Shown one piece after another: positions 9,604 through 19,627 of a stretch of 32,000 nt of DNA (position 1 is the stretch's first letter; each line of letters starts with the position of its first letter). The notes beneath the pieces are model-generated. The model was not told the DNA's origin, did not search any database, and saw nothing but the letters and a program-made list of their open reading frames with translations. Made by a program: the position numbers and the translations under genes. This stretch comes from Candidatus Harpocratesius repetitus (lineage in GTDB: Archaea > Asgardarchaeota > Lokiarchaeia > Sigyniarchaeales > Promethearchaeaceae): the NCBI GenBank assembly GCA_021498095.1, contig JAIZWK010000001.1, positions 1,170,001 through 1,202,000 of the forward strand, written 5' to 3'.

Positions 9604-10494
9604 TTGATTAGAAATCAAAGAGTGATCATTTTGACAAAAAAGCAACAAATAAAAAAAAAGACTCCTCCGCGTTGGAAGGTTCATATTGTATACAATATGA
9701 GGGAAAGAAAGCGAATAGTTGATCCTATCAGAAGACAAAAACCAAATTCTTTATATTATATGCATTTTGATGACGGAAATCGTATTGATATTAATTTAAA
9801 AAATAGAGATGAAAATTTAGCTAAAATTCGAAAAATATTACCTGACTGTGAAATCCATGAAATTGGAATAAATTATCTGGATTATTATCAAATTATTGGA
9901 AATATTGCAAAAATTATCAATAGTGAGCAAAAATCACATCCAGAATGTGAAGTAAAATTTAAAATAAATTTAGGAACTGGAAGCAAAATGGTAGCCATCG
10001 CAAATATTGATGCACATCGATTATGGGATAATATTGAAATTGTTTATCCTTACAGCGATGATTATGATCCTGCTGCAGATTCAATGCATAAGGGCACCGT
10101 AAAGGCTGCGGATCCACCAAAATTTGAATTTAAACATCCTAATCGTCTGTTGATTCAAGCTCTTCAAATAATATATACTTTAAGACAACAACCAAATAAG
10201 TTTGGTCACAAACTTAAATTTGTGGAATTAAGAGAACTATTTTACTATATTTATGAGATATATAAATTAATTAGCGTGAAACCAAATGAGGATTTACGTA
10301 AATTGAACAGTAGCCAATATATGCAATTGAATAGAATTATTATAGAAAAATTGGAAAAAAATTGGAGTTTTATTACAACACAAAAAAGCGGGAGAAATAA
10401 ACGCGTGTTTCTAACTGAGGAAGGAGAAAAGATGGCTCAAGTTTTTGTAAATTATGATTATGGTATTGATTTATCTCTCATTAAAAGAAATTAA
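9604..10494 (+). CDS. DUF6293/HFX_2341-like regulator (CARF/Csa3-like N-terminal domain plus C-terminal winged HTH)
   Basis: KVHIVYNMRERKRIVDP N-terminal strand-helix, CARF-like loop INLGTGSKMVAIA, and C-terminal wHTH (LEKNWSFITTQKSGRNKRVFLTEEG). Family recalled from motif pattern, not searched. Confidence 0.65.
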   Translation: MIRNQRVIILTKKQQIKKKTPPRWKVHIVYNMRERKRIVDPIRRQKPNSLYYMHFDDGNRIDINLKNRDENLAKIRKILPDCEIHEIGINYLDYYQIIGNIAKIINSEQKSHPECEVKFKINLGTGSKMVAIANIDAHRLWDNIEIVYPYSDDYDPAADSMHKGTVKAADPPKFEFKHPNRLLIQALQIIYTLRQQPNKFGHKLKFVELRELFYYIYEIYKLISVKPNEDLRKLNSSQYMQLNRIIIEKLEKNWSFITTQKSGRNKRVFLTEEGEKMAQVFVNYDYGIDLSLIKRN

Positions 10495-10584
10495 TCAATT
10501 TATTTTTTTTTAACCAAATTCTTTTATTTTCAGAGTTACTTTTTATTAATAGGTACGAATATTTAGGTACTTTGAGGAAATAAT

Positions 10585-11610
10585 ATGAGTTCTTGTGAAA
10601 ATATCGTGGGACAGACGATCCAAATACTACAAAATTATCGTTATCAAGTTTTTGAATATCAAGATAATTTTGATCTCTGTTTTGAGATATTAGCAAGGCA
10701 TCATTCTCCTCGTTCTCCTAATTTATTGATTAAAATTGTGGATAATATTGATAGCATTCGAAATTATTACCTGAACGAATTAAAAATTGTAAGCCATCTC
10801 ATCCAGGCATTACCTCTCTTAATTGCATCTCGAAATCGGCACTCTTTATTGGAGGATGGGAGTATTTATTTGCGAGATGGTCTAGTTTCATTAAATTTTG
10901 AGACTTTTTCTAACGTAATCAAAAATCCACAGATTCCAATTGCAATCGCCAAACAAGGAGGATTATTTTATAATATTGATGGCGAAAAATTAGCGAGATT
11001 GCGGGAAAATAGGCAGATTTCTCGAAAAAATCTTGCTGAAAAATTAGGCGTTTCCACTAAAGCAATTTCACAGTATGAAAAAAATAGAATGCGGGCTTCG
11101 TCTGAACGTGCTAAGAAAATGGAAGATATATTAGGAGAATCAATAATATTACCTTTAGATTTCTATTTGTTTATAAAAGATACTTTGTCATCAATTAAAT
11201 TAAATGATTCTTTACAACGTCGAATCACAAAAAAGACTGAAGAGTTTATGAAAGAAATTAATGAAATTGTTGCTGATACAGGTTTTAAAGTTTACTGGAC
11301 TCGCAGTTCTCCTTTTGATCTCTTTATCTATGAAGAATCAGATGAAGATCTAACAAAAATACAATATAAACTCGTTGGTGGAACTCAAATGGAAGAAATC
11401 GAATCTGATAAAAATTCAGATCTTAAGCGCCAATTCCTTCCAAATATTTCCATTCATAAAGTTGATGGTGCTATTATATTCAATGATGAAATTTTTAATG
11501 AAAAAAAGGCGAGAAAGTATAAAGTACCTTATCTTTTTCCTAAAGAATTGCGTGAATTAGAATATCCTGAAAAATTTCATAAAAAAATTAGGAAAAGAGC
11601 TCAATACTGA
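10585..11610 (+). CDS. Conserved archaeal HTH transcriptional regulator (COG1395 type)
   Basis: N-terminal restriction-endonuclease-like domain (CFEILAR...LLIKIVDNIDS) and central cro/C1 HTH (LARLRENRQISRKNLAEKLGVSTKAISQYE). Confidence 0.82.
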   Translation: MSSCENIVGQTIQILQNYRYQVFEYQDNFDLCFEILARHHSPRSPNLLIKIVDNIDSIRNYYLNELKIVSHLIQALPLLIASRNRHSLLEDGSIYLRDGLVSLNFETFSNVIKNPQIPIAIAKQGGLFYNIDGEKLARLRENRQISRKNLAEKLGVSTKAISQYEKNRMRASSERAKKMEDILGESIILPLDFYLFIKDTLSSIKLNDSLQRRITKKTEEFMKEINEIVADTGFKVYWTRSSPFDLFIYEESDEDLTKIQYKLVGGTQMEEIESDKNSDLKRQFLPNISIHKVDGAIIFNDEIFNEKKARKYKVPYLFPKELRELEYPEKFHKKIRKRAQY

Positions 11611-11683
11611 TTTTTAATTTTTCTTAAGAAAATTCTGCTTAAATTTCAAAACATTGATATGAATTAAAGCGTTTTTGTGAATT

Positions 11684-12364
11684 ATGCGGATTGCTGGGTT
11701 AGACGAAGCAGGAAGAGGGCCTGTAATCGGGCCATTAGTAATTGGATGTGTCGTTTATACTGATGAAACCATCCACAATTTAGAAGAAATCGGCGTTGAT
11801 GATTCAAAATCCTTAACTCCGCGAAAAAGGGAAATAATGGCTAAGAAAATAAAAGAGACGTGTGATTATTATAATATAATTATACTTACTCCCGAGAAAA
11901 TAAATGAACTTCATTATTCAAATCATCTGACTTTAAATCAGATGGAAGAAAATTTTTTTGCCGAACTTCTTAATTCTGTAGATCCGTCTCCAGAAATTGT
12001 CTATTTAGATGCTTGTGATATAATCGAAGATCGATTTGGGCGAACAATTCAATCCATGTTGCAATTTAGACCAAAGAAAATGATATCAAAGCATAAAGGT
12101 GATTCTATTTTCAAAATAGTTGGTGCTGCTTCGATTCTCGCTAAAACTATTCGAGATCATGAAATTGAAAGATATAAAGAAGAATACGGTGATATTGGCT
12201 CTGGGTATTCAAGTGATCCAAAAACTCAGAAATTCCTTTATAGATACTATAAAAAATATCAAAGATTTCCCCCAATTGTTCGAACATGGTGGAAAACTGC
12301 TGAAAATATCAAAAAACGGGTAATGAATGAGAAAATGCAGAAAAAAATTACTGATTTTTCATAG
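11684..12364 (+). CDS. rnhB: Ribonuclease HII
   Basis: GLDEAGRGPVIGP, DDSK, KGD, AASILAK, GSGYSSDP; C-terminal PIP box QKKITDF. Confidence 0.97.
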   Translation: MRIAGLDEAGRGPVIGPLVIGCVVYTDETIHNLEEIGVDDSKSLTPRKREIMAKKIKETCDYYNIIILTPEKINELHYSNHLTLNQMEENFFAELLNSVDPSPEIVYLDACDIIEDRFGRTIQSMLQFRPKKMISKHKGDSIFKIVGAASILAKTIRDHEIERYKEEYGDIGSGYSSDPKTQKFLYRYYKKYQRFPPIVRTWWKTAENIKKRVMNEKMQKKITDFS

Positions 12365-12371
12365 TTTTTTT

Positions 12372-13070
12372 TTATGGATGTTCCAAATATCTTCCAAATA
12401 AAACTATATGGTCATTTTGGAATTTTTCGATTGATACATTATCCATTATTTGCATTCCTGCAGCTTCTAACTTATTTATTTCTTTTTCGAAAATCTCATT
12501 AGGATTAACAGTAGTATCAATACTTCTCGATTTAATTGCATAAATGAATTTTCCTTCTTTTGGTTTTAAGTAACGATAGATATTTTTAATAAGAATTTCT
12601 GTTTGATTTGGTTGTGCCACATCTTGAAATATTACATCGATTCTATCATAAATATAAGGTGCGTATTCATAAGGGTGATTTGCATCTGCTAATATTGGGA
12701 TTACATTCGGGCGATCTGCACAATTTTGAACCAATTCGCGTAATGAGCGCGCAGAGAATTCAACAGCATAAATTATGCCATTAGTTATAATATCAGAACA
12801 GTGACTCACTGTAGTTCCACTTGATGCTCCTAGATATAATAAACGACTATTGCGATCTAAGAATATTTTTCGTGCATTTGCTCTTATACTTGCTCCCAAT
12901 TTAGATCGATAGGGATTCCATTCTCTGTATTGTATTCCATTTTCTTCAAATAGTTTTTCACCATAAATTGTTCGATTTGTATCTAAATTGACTGTATATA
13001 ATCGAAAATTATCATTTGGTCCACTAATAAAAACCCCATCAAATTTAGGATGTCGACGAATTCTACCCAT
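12372..13070 (-). CDS. flpA: Fibrillarin-like rRNA/tRNA 2'-O-methyltransferase
   Basis: YREWNPYRSKLGA, LYLGASSGTTVSH, YAVEFS, PILADA, FQDVAQP. Confidence 0.97.
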   Translation of the reverse strand: MGRIRRHPKFDGVFISGPNDNFRLYTVNLDTNRTIYGEKLFEENGIQYREWNPYRSKLGASIRANARKIFLDRNSRLLYLGASSGTTVSHCSDIITNGIIYAVEFSARSLRELVQNCADRPNVIPILADANHPYEYAPYIYDRIDVIFQDVAQPNQTEILIKNIYRYLKPKEGKFIYAIKSRSIDTTVNPNEIFEKEINKLEAAGMQIMDNVSIEKFQNDHIVLFGRYLEHP

Positions 13071-14371
13071 TAATTATACCTCCTTTTTGCTTTATCGTAT
13101 GATTTTTGTCTTGATCTGTGATATTGGTTTTTGTTTTTTCTTCCTTTTTTATGAAAACTCTGCTTACCTCGTGAAGGGGAACGTTTTGGATGTGATTCTT
13201 TTTTCTTTTTTGGAGGTCGTGGAAATTGTTTTTGGATAAGTTTTATTTTCTTATCAATTTGCTCCTTGATATTTTCTCCGATAAATTCTCCTTTATAATA
13301 ATCCACCTTCGCTAAGATGCTTATTTTTCCTGCCACCATTCGGGCAATTTTTCCCCTTAAATATGATTTTTCTGTCCGTATTTTATTCCATTGAAATAAA
13401 ATTCCGTATTTTGGTGTTTTTCCACCTGATCGCATCGCTTTGAATAAAGCTTTTTCTGCTCCTAACATTTGTAATGTACTGGAAGAAATATGTGCCAAAT
13501 GTTCTAAACTTCCAGCAGATGCAATCATTTTCCCCGTAATTTGTGAACCCAAAACTGCCTTTAAATTTGGCGCAATTTCATCTAAGGTATCTGAAATATA
13601 TTGTTCAAGTTGTTTTCTATATTCACTAACGCTAATTATTTGTTTTGCCAATTGTTGAATGGGATTAAAATCAGAATCAACAAGATTTCCTCCCATTGAA
13701 CGTTTTGCTTTCAAAACTAATTCTTCAATTTTAGCATCAGAAGTAGAAAATACAGATTTTAATTTTTCTGAAGTGCATTGATTTCTCGAACCAATGTTGT
13801 CAATGAAAAGAGCAAACTTGTGATTATCATCAATGAGCTTATCTGTTAATTCAGGAAAATGCAATCCATACCATTCACGTAATCTATTTGAGAGGAAATT
13901 TACTGTTTTATCTAATTCAATAATGGTATCTACAGCTTGTTTTACTAAAAAATCTTTTTGAGTGGCTGTTTGAGAAATTTGATTTCGAATAATAAATTCG
14001 GATAAAACCTTTACTCGTTCTCTTAACTTATTTGAAGCAGTTGATAGACGATATTGGCTGAAAATTGCTCTTAAATTTTCATATAACTTCCTAAAAAGCT
14101 CGTCATCTGTGATAATTTCGCATTGAAATTGTTTAGTTTGATCGATACTTTTTTTTAAAACTGGATGTTCAGTAATTATGGTAGAAACTCCCTTTTCTTG
14201 TAATTCATTTAAATATTTCTGGAATTGATCAGGAATTGAGCCAGATGACAGTAGTTTATATGAATTTGATAAATCTACAATTGGTAAATCATGCAGTCCA
14301 ATTGTAATTGGATCGTTTTGCTCATTAAATGCAACAAAACCATAAATTGTGGGAATTAAATAGGCTTTCAT
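13070..14371 (-). CDS. nop5: C/D box sRNP protein Nop5 (Nop56/58)
   Basis: RLREWYGLHFPEL, APNLKAVLG, STLQMLGAEKALF, PKYGILFQ, RGKIARMVAGK; TAATG overlap with flpA start implies translational coupling. Confidence 0.96.
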   Translation of the reverse strand: MKAYLIPTIYGFVAFNEQNDPITIGLHDLPIVDLSNSYKLLSSGSIPDQFQKYLNELQEKGVSTIITEHPVLKKSIDQTKQFQCEIITDDELFRKLYENLRAIFSQYRLSTASNKLRERVKVLSEFIIRNQISQTATQKDFLVKQAVDTIIELDKTVNFLSNRLREWYGLHFPELTDKLIDDNHKFALFIDNIGSRNQCTSEKLKSVFSTSDAKIEELVLKAKRSMGGNLVDSDFNPIQQLAKQIISVSEYRKQLEQYISDTLDEIAPNLKAVLGSQITGKMIASAGSLEHLAHISSSTLQMLGAEKALFKAMRSGGKTPKYGILFQWNKIRTEKSYLRGKIARMVAGKISILAKVDYYKGEFIGENIKEQIDKKIKLIQKQFPRPPKKKKESHPKRSPSRGKQSFHKKGRKNKNQYHRSRQKSYDKAKRRYN

Positions 14372-15072
14372 ATCGTTCTATTATAAGTAAACGATCGGGG
14401 CAAAAAATTTTTCTGGTTTTCAACACCTTTTTTCATATGGCTAATTGGAGTGCAAAATCAAAAGTTCTTATCTCCTTTCCAAGCAAATTATGGTTACATC
14501 GAACAAAGAAATATCCTTATCTTCAATTTACCATAAAGGCTTTTGTCCCTATCAGCCATGATCCGTTCGTAGGGAATTCTCTAGTCTCAATACAAGGAAC
14601 TAATCCTGAAACTTTTATTTCAGAGTTGGATGACCATCCTTCGTTAATTTCTTACTCAATAATGGAAAAAAAGAAAAATTTAATAATAATTAACACTCAC
14701 ACGAAGGATCCATTTCTTTTACGAGCAATTGTAAAAAATATGATTTTAGTTAATCTTCCTGTTTTAGTTAGTAATGGAATAGCAGAATTTAATATTAGTA
14801 GTTCTCGGCGAAATATCGACAATTTTATTAAAGACTTAGAGTTGCACGGGCTGAAAGTTGAATTAAAAAGGTTAGGTAATTATTCTGAGAATTTAATTGA
14901 GCAAATTCTCACTCCACGCCAATTTGAAATTTATTTACATGTAAAAGATAAGGGTTATTATGATACACCTCGCCAGATCACACTTTCTGAACTTGCTAAT
15001 GAATTACATCTTGCAAAATCTTCTCTTTCAAGCATGCTTCAACGAATTCATAGTAAATTACTTGGAAATTGA
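14329..15072 (+). CDS. Bat-type (HTH_10) transcriptional regulator; likely start ATG 14437
   Basis: C-terminal LTPRQ...GYYDTPRQITLSELANELHLAKSSLSSMLQR; the ORF-track start overlaps the nop5 start, so the later ATG is preferred. Confidence 0.85.
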   Translation: MQQNHKLWELNRLSYRSIISKRSGQKIFLVFNTFFHMANWSAKSKVLISFPSKLWLHRTKKYPYLQFTIKAFVPISHDPFVGNSLVSIQGTNPETFISELDDHPSLISYSIMEKKKNLIIINTHTKDPFLLRAIVKNMILVNLPVLVSNGIAEFNISSSRRNIDNFIKDLELHGLKVELKRLGNYSENLIEQILTPRQFEIYLHVKDKGYYDTPRQITLSELANELHLAKSSLSSMLQRIHSKLLGN

Positions 15073-15089
15073 TAAGAACTTAATTCGAC

Positions 15090-16088
15090 TTGATCAGTAT
15101 CCCAACCTTTATAGTACGTTTTGTATTTTCTTACTATGATATGAATAATTCTTTATCATGTCAGATAGCTGGGATATTATTTCCAAATCCAATTATTTTA
15201 GCATCTGGTATTCTTGGTATAACTCCAGGGTCTATGTTACGCTTAGCACATGCAGGAATTGGTGGAATTACCACAAAGACGGTAGGACCTCGTGTTAGAC
15301 CTGGATACAGTAATCCAAGTATTATTGAAATTGGTGAAGGAACATTTCTAAATTCTGTTGGATTGGCAAATCCTGGAATCGATCAAATGGAGATAGAAAT
15401 TAAGGAATATAAACAACAATCTTCTATTCCTCTTATTGTGAGTGTATTTGGAGATGGACCTGAAGGATATGCAGAAATTGCAAGGCGCGCAGAAAAAGCT
15501 GGTGCAGATGCTATTGAAATTAATATATCTTGTCCTCATGCTGAAGTGGCTTCAATCGCATTATCCGAAGAATTAACAATAGAGTTTACTAAAGCGGTAA
15601 AACGGGCAGTTTCTATTCCAGTATTTGCGAAGTTGACTCCTAATATTGCGGATATTATTCCTATAGCAAAAGCAACAGAAAAAGCTGGTGCTGATGCAAT
15701 TGTTGCAATAAATACATTACGAGGTTTAGCTTTGGATTATAAGACAGGTCGACCGCTTCTTTCTCATGGAATTGGAGGGCTTTCTGGAAAAGCAATCAAA
15801 TCAGTAGGTGTGCGAGTAATTTATGAACTTTATCCACATATTTCAATACCTTTAATTGGAGTTGGTGGTATTTTTACTTGGCAAGATGTCTTAGAGTATA
15901 TATATGCAGGAGCGAGTACAATTCAGATTGGTTCTGCCCTCTTTCAAGGTGATGAAATTATACCAGAAATATTAGATGGTCTTTTTGAGTTCTTAAAAGA
16001 AAACCAAATAGAAAATTTAAACCAAATTCGGGGAAAAGCACATGAATATAGTTCTGAACTGGAGGTGATGCCAAAAGAATGCCTATAA
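15090..16088 (+). CDS. pyrD: Dihydroorotate dehydrogenase, family 1B catalytic subunit; likely start ATG 15141
   Basis: NPIILASG, NSVGLANPG, catalytic NISCPH, KLTPN, INT, GGLSG, IGVGGI. Confidence 0.95.
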   Translation: MISIPTFIVRFVFSYYDMNNSLSCQIAGILFPNPIILASGILGITPGSMLRLAHAGIGGITTKTVGPRVRPGYSNPSIIEIGEGTFLNSVGLANPGIDQMEIEIKEYKQQSSIPLIVSVFGDGPEGYAEIARRAEKAGADAIEINISCPHAEVASIALSEELTIEFTKAVKRAVSIPVFAKLTPNIADIIPIAKATEKAGADAIVAINTLRGLALDYKTGRPLLSHGIGGLSGKAIKSVGVRVIYELYPHISIPLIGVGGIFTWQDVLEYIYAGASTIQIGSALFQGDEIIPEILDGLFEFLKENQIENLNQIRGKAHEYSSELEVMPKECL

Positions 16089-16996
16089 AACCCAATTTAG
16101 ACTATCGTCTCAATAAACCTTTTTCAACTCCCATATTAGAAATAATTGATGAATCATCTTCTGTAAAAACTTTTAAAATTAAATATAATCCTATTTCAAA
16201 GTCAATATCTTATATTCCGGGTCAATTTGTTATGGTTTGGGTTCCTGGAATTGATGAAATTCCCATGTCGATCTCAAAATATTCCGATAATGGAATGATC
16301 TCAATTTCTGTGGCCAAAGTCGGGGAAGCCACAGAAAAATTATTTGAATTGAAAGTGGGAGATATTATTGGAATTCGTGGGCCGTATGGAAATGGATATT
16401 CGGTTCGTCCAGGTACTGCGGTTATTGTAGGCGGTGGTATTGGAATGGCTTCAGTATTACCATTAATTTACCATATTAAAAATTTAGTTGGTTATTCAAA
16501 TGAAAATGAAATTAAAACAGATCAAGTAATCTGTATTGAAGGTGCAAAAACTGAAAAAGACCTTATATATTTGGAGGAATTAACCGATTTGTTTTCAGAT
16601 TCCTCTGATTTTTATGTCTGTACAGATGATGGCTCTTATGGTTTTAAAGGGTTTACAACTGAGAAATTAGTCGAGATCTTAAATCAAAAGAGTAATCAAA
16701 AAAGTATTCAAAAACAGATCGATTCAAATGCTTCTTCTATCACAATTTATGCTTGCGGACCTGAAATAATGCTTAAAAAAATTGTGGAAATTGGCATGCA
16801 ATATAATTTAGATGTGCAGGTAAGTCTTGAGCGGATGATGAGATGTGGCTTTGGTATTTGTGGATTATGTGCTTTAGATCCTACTGGGTTGCTCGTCTGT
16901 CGAGATGGTCCTGTGTTTACTGCCAATCAACTTAAGGATTGTAGTGATTTCGGTAAAATTCACCGTGATTTTTCAGGAAAACCTTATAATATCTAA
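16079..16996 (+). CDS. pyrK: Dihydroorotate dehydrogenase electron transfer subunit
   Basis: PGQFVMVW, RGPYGNGY, GGGIG, CTDDGS, CGP, [2Fe-2S] motif CGFGICGLC...VCRDGPVF. Confidence 0.94.
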   Translation: MPIKPNLDYRLNKPFSTPILEIIDESSSVKTFKIKYNPISKSISYIPGQFVMVWVPGIDEIPMSISKYSDNGMISISVAKVGEATEKLFELKVGDIIGIRGPYGNGYSVRPGTAVIVGGGIGMASVLPLIYHIKNLVGYSNENEIKTDQVICIEGAKTEKDLIYLEELTDLFSDSSDFYVCTDDGSYGFKGFTTEKLVEILNQKSNQKSIQKQIDSNASSITIYACGPEIMLKKIVEIGMQYNLDVQVSLERMMRCGFGICGLCALDPTGLLVCRDGPVFTANQLKDCSDFGKIHRDFSGKPYNI

Positions 16997-17022
16997 ATAT
17001 AAAAACTAAAGTATGTAAATTT

Positions 17023-17817
17023 GTGATTTCAATGCCTTCAAAGGATGAGAAAACTCAGGAAACTTTTACAAATGGCCAAAACGTGTGGAAAGATACCCAG
17101 ATTTCCCGCGATTATTTAAAGGGAAGTCGGGCTGCCATTCCTTTCGCAAAAGAGGAAATCGAGATTATACAAAATATTATTAGATATGCTTCGATTTCTG
17201 TGAATTCAATATTGGATATTGGTTGTGGAGATGGAATCTTGGGATGTGCTCTCTGGGAAAAATATCCAAATGCTGTAGTAACTTTTTTAGATATTTCAGA
17301 AATAATGTTAGAAGCAACAAAAAAGAATATTCAAAAACTAAAAATAAAAAATGCCTTATCTCACTCCCATTTTTACATACATGATATGCAAAATGCTAAT
17401 TGGGTTGATGATTTAAAACAATTCGCTCCATTTGATATCATTATTTCTGGTTTTGCAATACACCATCTTACTCATCGAAGAAAAAAAGAAATTTACGGTG
17501 ATATTTATGATTTATTATCAAATAATGGTTTTTTTCTCAATCTGGAAAGAGTAGAATCTGCTTCTTCTCTTGGTGTTGTTCTAAATAATGAAAATTATAT
17601 TGAAAATTTATATATATATCATAAGCTATCTAATCCTGATATTTCTCGGGAAGAAGTTGCAGAGAAATACTATTATCGCCCTTTAAAACAATCAAATATA
17701 TTGGCTCCAGTAGAACTTCAAACTCAGTGGTTACGAGAGCTTGGATATATTGATGTTGATATTTTCTTCAAAATTTATGAAATCGCAATTTTTGGCGGCC
17801 GTAAACGGTTTTCTTAG
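17023..17817 (+). CDS. Class I SAM-dependent methyltransferase (substrate unknown)
   Basis: Motif I ILDIGCGDG, acidic FLDIS, FDIIISGFAIHH, GFFLNLE. Confidence 0.88.
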   Translation: MISMPSKDEKTQETFTNGQNVWKDTQISRDYLKGSRAAIPFAKEEIEIIQNIIRYASISVNSILDIGCGDGILGCALWEKYPNAVVTFLDISEIMLEATKKNIQKLKIKNALSHSHFYIHDMQNANWVDDLKQFAPFDIIISGFAIHHLTHRRKKEIYGDIYDLLSNNGFFLNLERVESASSLGVVLNNENYIENLYIYHKLSNPDISREEVAEKYYYRPLKQSNILAPVELQTQWLRELGYIDVDIFFKIYEIAIFGGRKRFS

Positions 17818-17898
17818 CCTTCATATATTATCGAAAAAAACAAATTCCATGCGATTTTTTTATTATATATACCTTTTTGGATGGAAACTTGATCACAA

Positions 17899-19578
17899 AT
17901 GAATTCTTCTACTTCTCCTGAAGTTAAAGAGGATAAAACCTTTAAAACAGCTCGGGATATTATAAAATTTCTATTAACACACCCAAATACTTCAAAAAAG
18001 CAGCTAACGGCGGTAAAGTGCAAAATTGGGAAAAAGTATGGATTTCCCTCAGTAATCCGTAATTCACAAATCTTGGATCATGCCAGTGAGGATGAGCAAA
18101 TTAAATTACGCCATATTCTTCGCCGTAGGTTGACTCGAACATTATCTGGCGTTTCGATTGTTGCAGTAATGACTGCTCCTAATCCTGCAGGAGCACATAG
18201 CTGTCCTGGAGAATGCATTTTCTGTCCTGGTTCCGATTCTCAACCAAATCAAAAGGTTGCTCAATCTTATACAGGGAGGGAGCCTGCTGCAATGAGATCT
18301 GCAATGTATCATTATGATTCATATTTACAGACACTTCACCGGTTGATTGATTTACAGCAAATTGGTCATCAAGTGGATAAAATTGAACTGATAATAATGG
18401 GTGGAACTTTTCTATATGCCCCGATTGAATATCAAGATGATTTTATGCATGGATGTTTTGATGCCATTTTAAATTTCCGTAAACCTAATTATAATGATCA
18501 TAAAAGAACTTCAAATTTATCCACAGCAAAACGTTTATTGGAAACTGCTGAAACCAGACTAATTGGTATTACCTTTGAAACACGCCCAGATTATTGTTTT
18601 GAAGAACATATAGATCGTTTGCTCGAGTTGGGAATTACACGGATAGAAATCGGAGTCCAAACCACAAGACAAGAAATATTGGATTTCGTTCACCGCAATC
18701 ATACTGTAGAAGATAGTATTCGAGCAATTCAAGTTGCAAAAGATAGTGGAATTAAAGTTAATTGTCACATAATGCCAAATTTACCGCTAAGTTCTCCTGA
18801 AATTGATTTTCAAGTATTTCAAGAAATTTTTAATAATCCTCATTACCGCCCTGATATGCTCAAAATTTACCCAACATTGGTCGTTGGTGGTACTGAATTA
18901 TATAAATTATATCAACAAGGAAAATATACTCCCTATCCGCAAGATAAGGTGATTGAATTGATTGCAAAAGTAAAGGATTCAATTCCTCGTTATATTCGGA
19001 TTCAACGAATTCAAAGAGATATTCCTATGGATTTGATTATTGATGGAGTGAAAAACAGTAATCTTCGACAAATTGTGAATAACTACATGCAAAAGCATGA
19101 TATGCACTGTAAGTGTATCAGATGTCGAGAAGAAGGGTTTCAAGCACTCTCTAAAGGAACAATGAGTCATCCAGTTAATTTTGAAGATATTAAGTTTTTT
19201 CATGAGACATATGAAGCATCTGATGGTTTGGAACATTTCCTATCTTATGAAAATTCCGATCAAACAGTTTTGATCGGCTATTTACGTTTAAGATTTCCTT
19301 CAGATCGTGCCCATCGCCCTGAGATTACTGAATCAAAAACTGCCATTGTACGAGAAATTCGAGTTGTTGGAGAAATTGTTCGTCATGGTTCAGCACCTCA
19401 AAAGAGTCAAATTCAACATAGAGGTTATGGAAAAAAATTGATGAAGAATGCAGAAAATATTGCATTCGAAAACGGTTTTGATAGAATTTTAGTAATTGCT
19501 GGTATTGGCGTTCGAGAATACTTTTATCATCTAGGTTACTCTCCATATGGGCCATATGTCGTAAAAAATTTAAATTAG
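17899..19578 (+). CDS. elp3: Elp3 tRNA uridine(34) acetyltransferase (radical SAM plus GNAT)
   Basis: CPGECIFCPG (CX3CX2C), QSYTGREPA, IMGGTF, FETRPD, EIGVQT, KIYPT, RIQRDIP, QHRGYGKKLM. Confidence 0.96.
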   Translation: MNSSTSPEVKEDKTFKTARDIIKFLLTHPNTSKKQLTAVKCKIGKKYGFPSVIRNSQILDHASEDEQIKLRHILRRRLTRTLSGVSIVAVMTAPNPAGAHSCPGECIFCPGSDSQPNQKVAQSYTGREPAAMRSAMYHYDSYLQTLHRLIDLQQIGHQVDKIELIIMGGTFLYAPIEYQDDFMHGCFDAILNFRKPNYNDHKRTSNLSTAKRLLETAETRLIGITFETRPDYCFEEHIDRLLELGITRIEIGVQTTRQEILDFVHRNHTVEDSIRAIQVAKDSGIKVNCHIMPNLPLSSPEIDFQVFQEIFNNPHYRPDMLKIYPTLVVGGTELYKLYQQGKYTPYPQDKVIELIAKVKDSIPRYIRIQRIQRDIPMDLIIDGVKNSNLRQIVNNYMQKHDMHCKCIRCREEGFQALSKGTMSHPVNFEDIKFFHETYEASDGLEHFLSYENSDQTVLIGYLRLRFPSDRAHRPEITESKTAIVREIRVVGEIVRHGSAPQKSQIQHRGYGKKLMKNAENIAFENGFDRILVIAGIGVREYFYHLGYSPYGPYVVKNLN

Positions 19579-19627
19579 CAAAAAAATAGTTTGAAATTAC
19601 ATGAAAAAAAACAAGAAAGATATTCCT

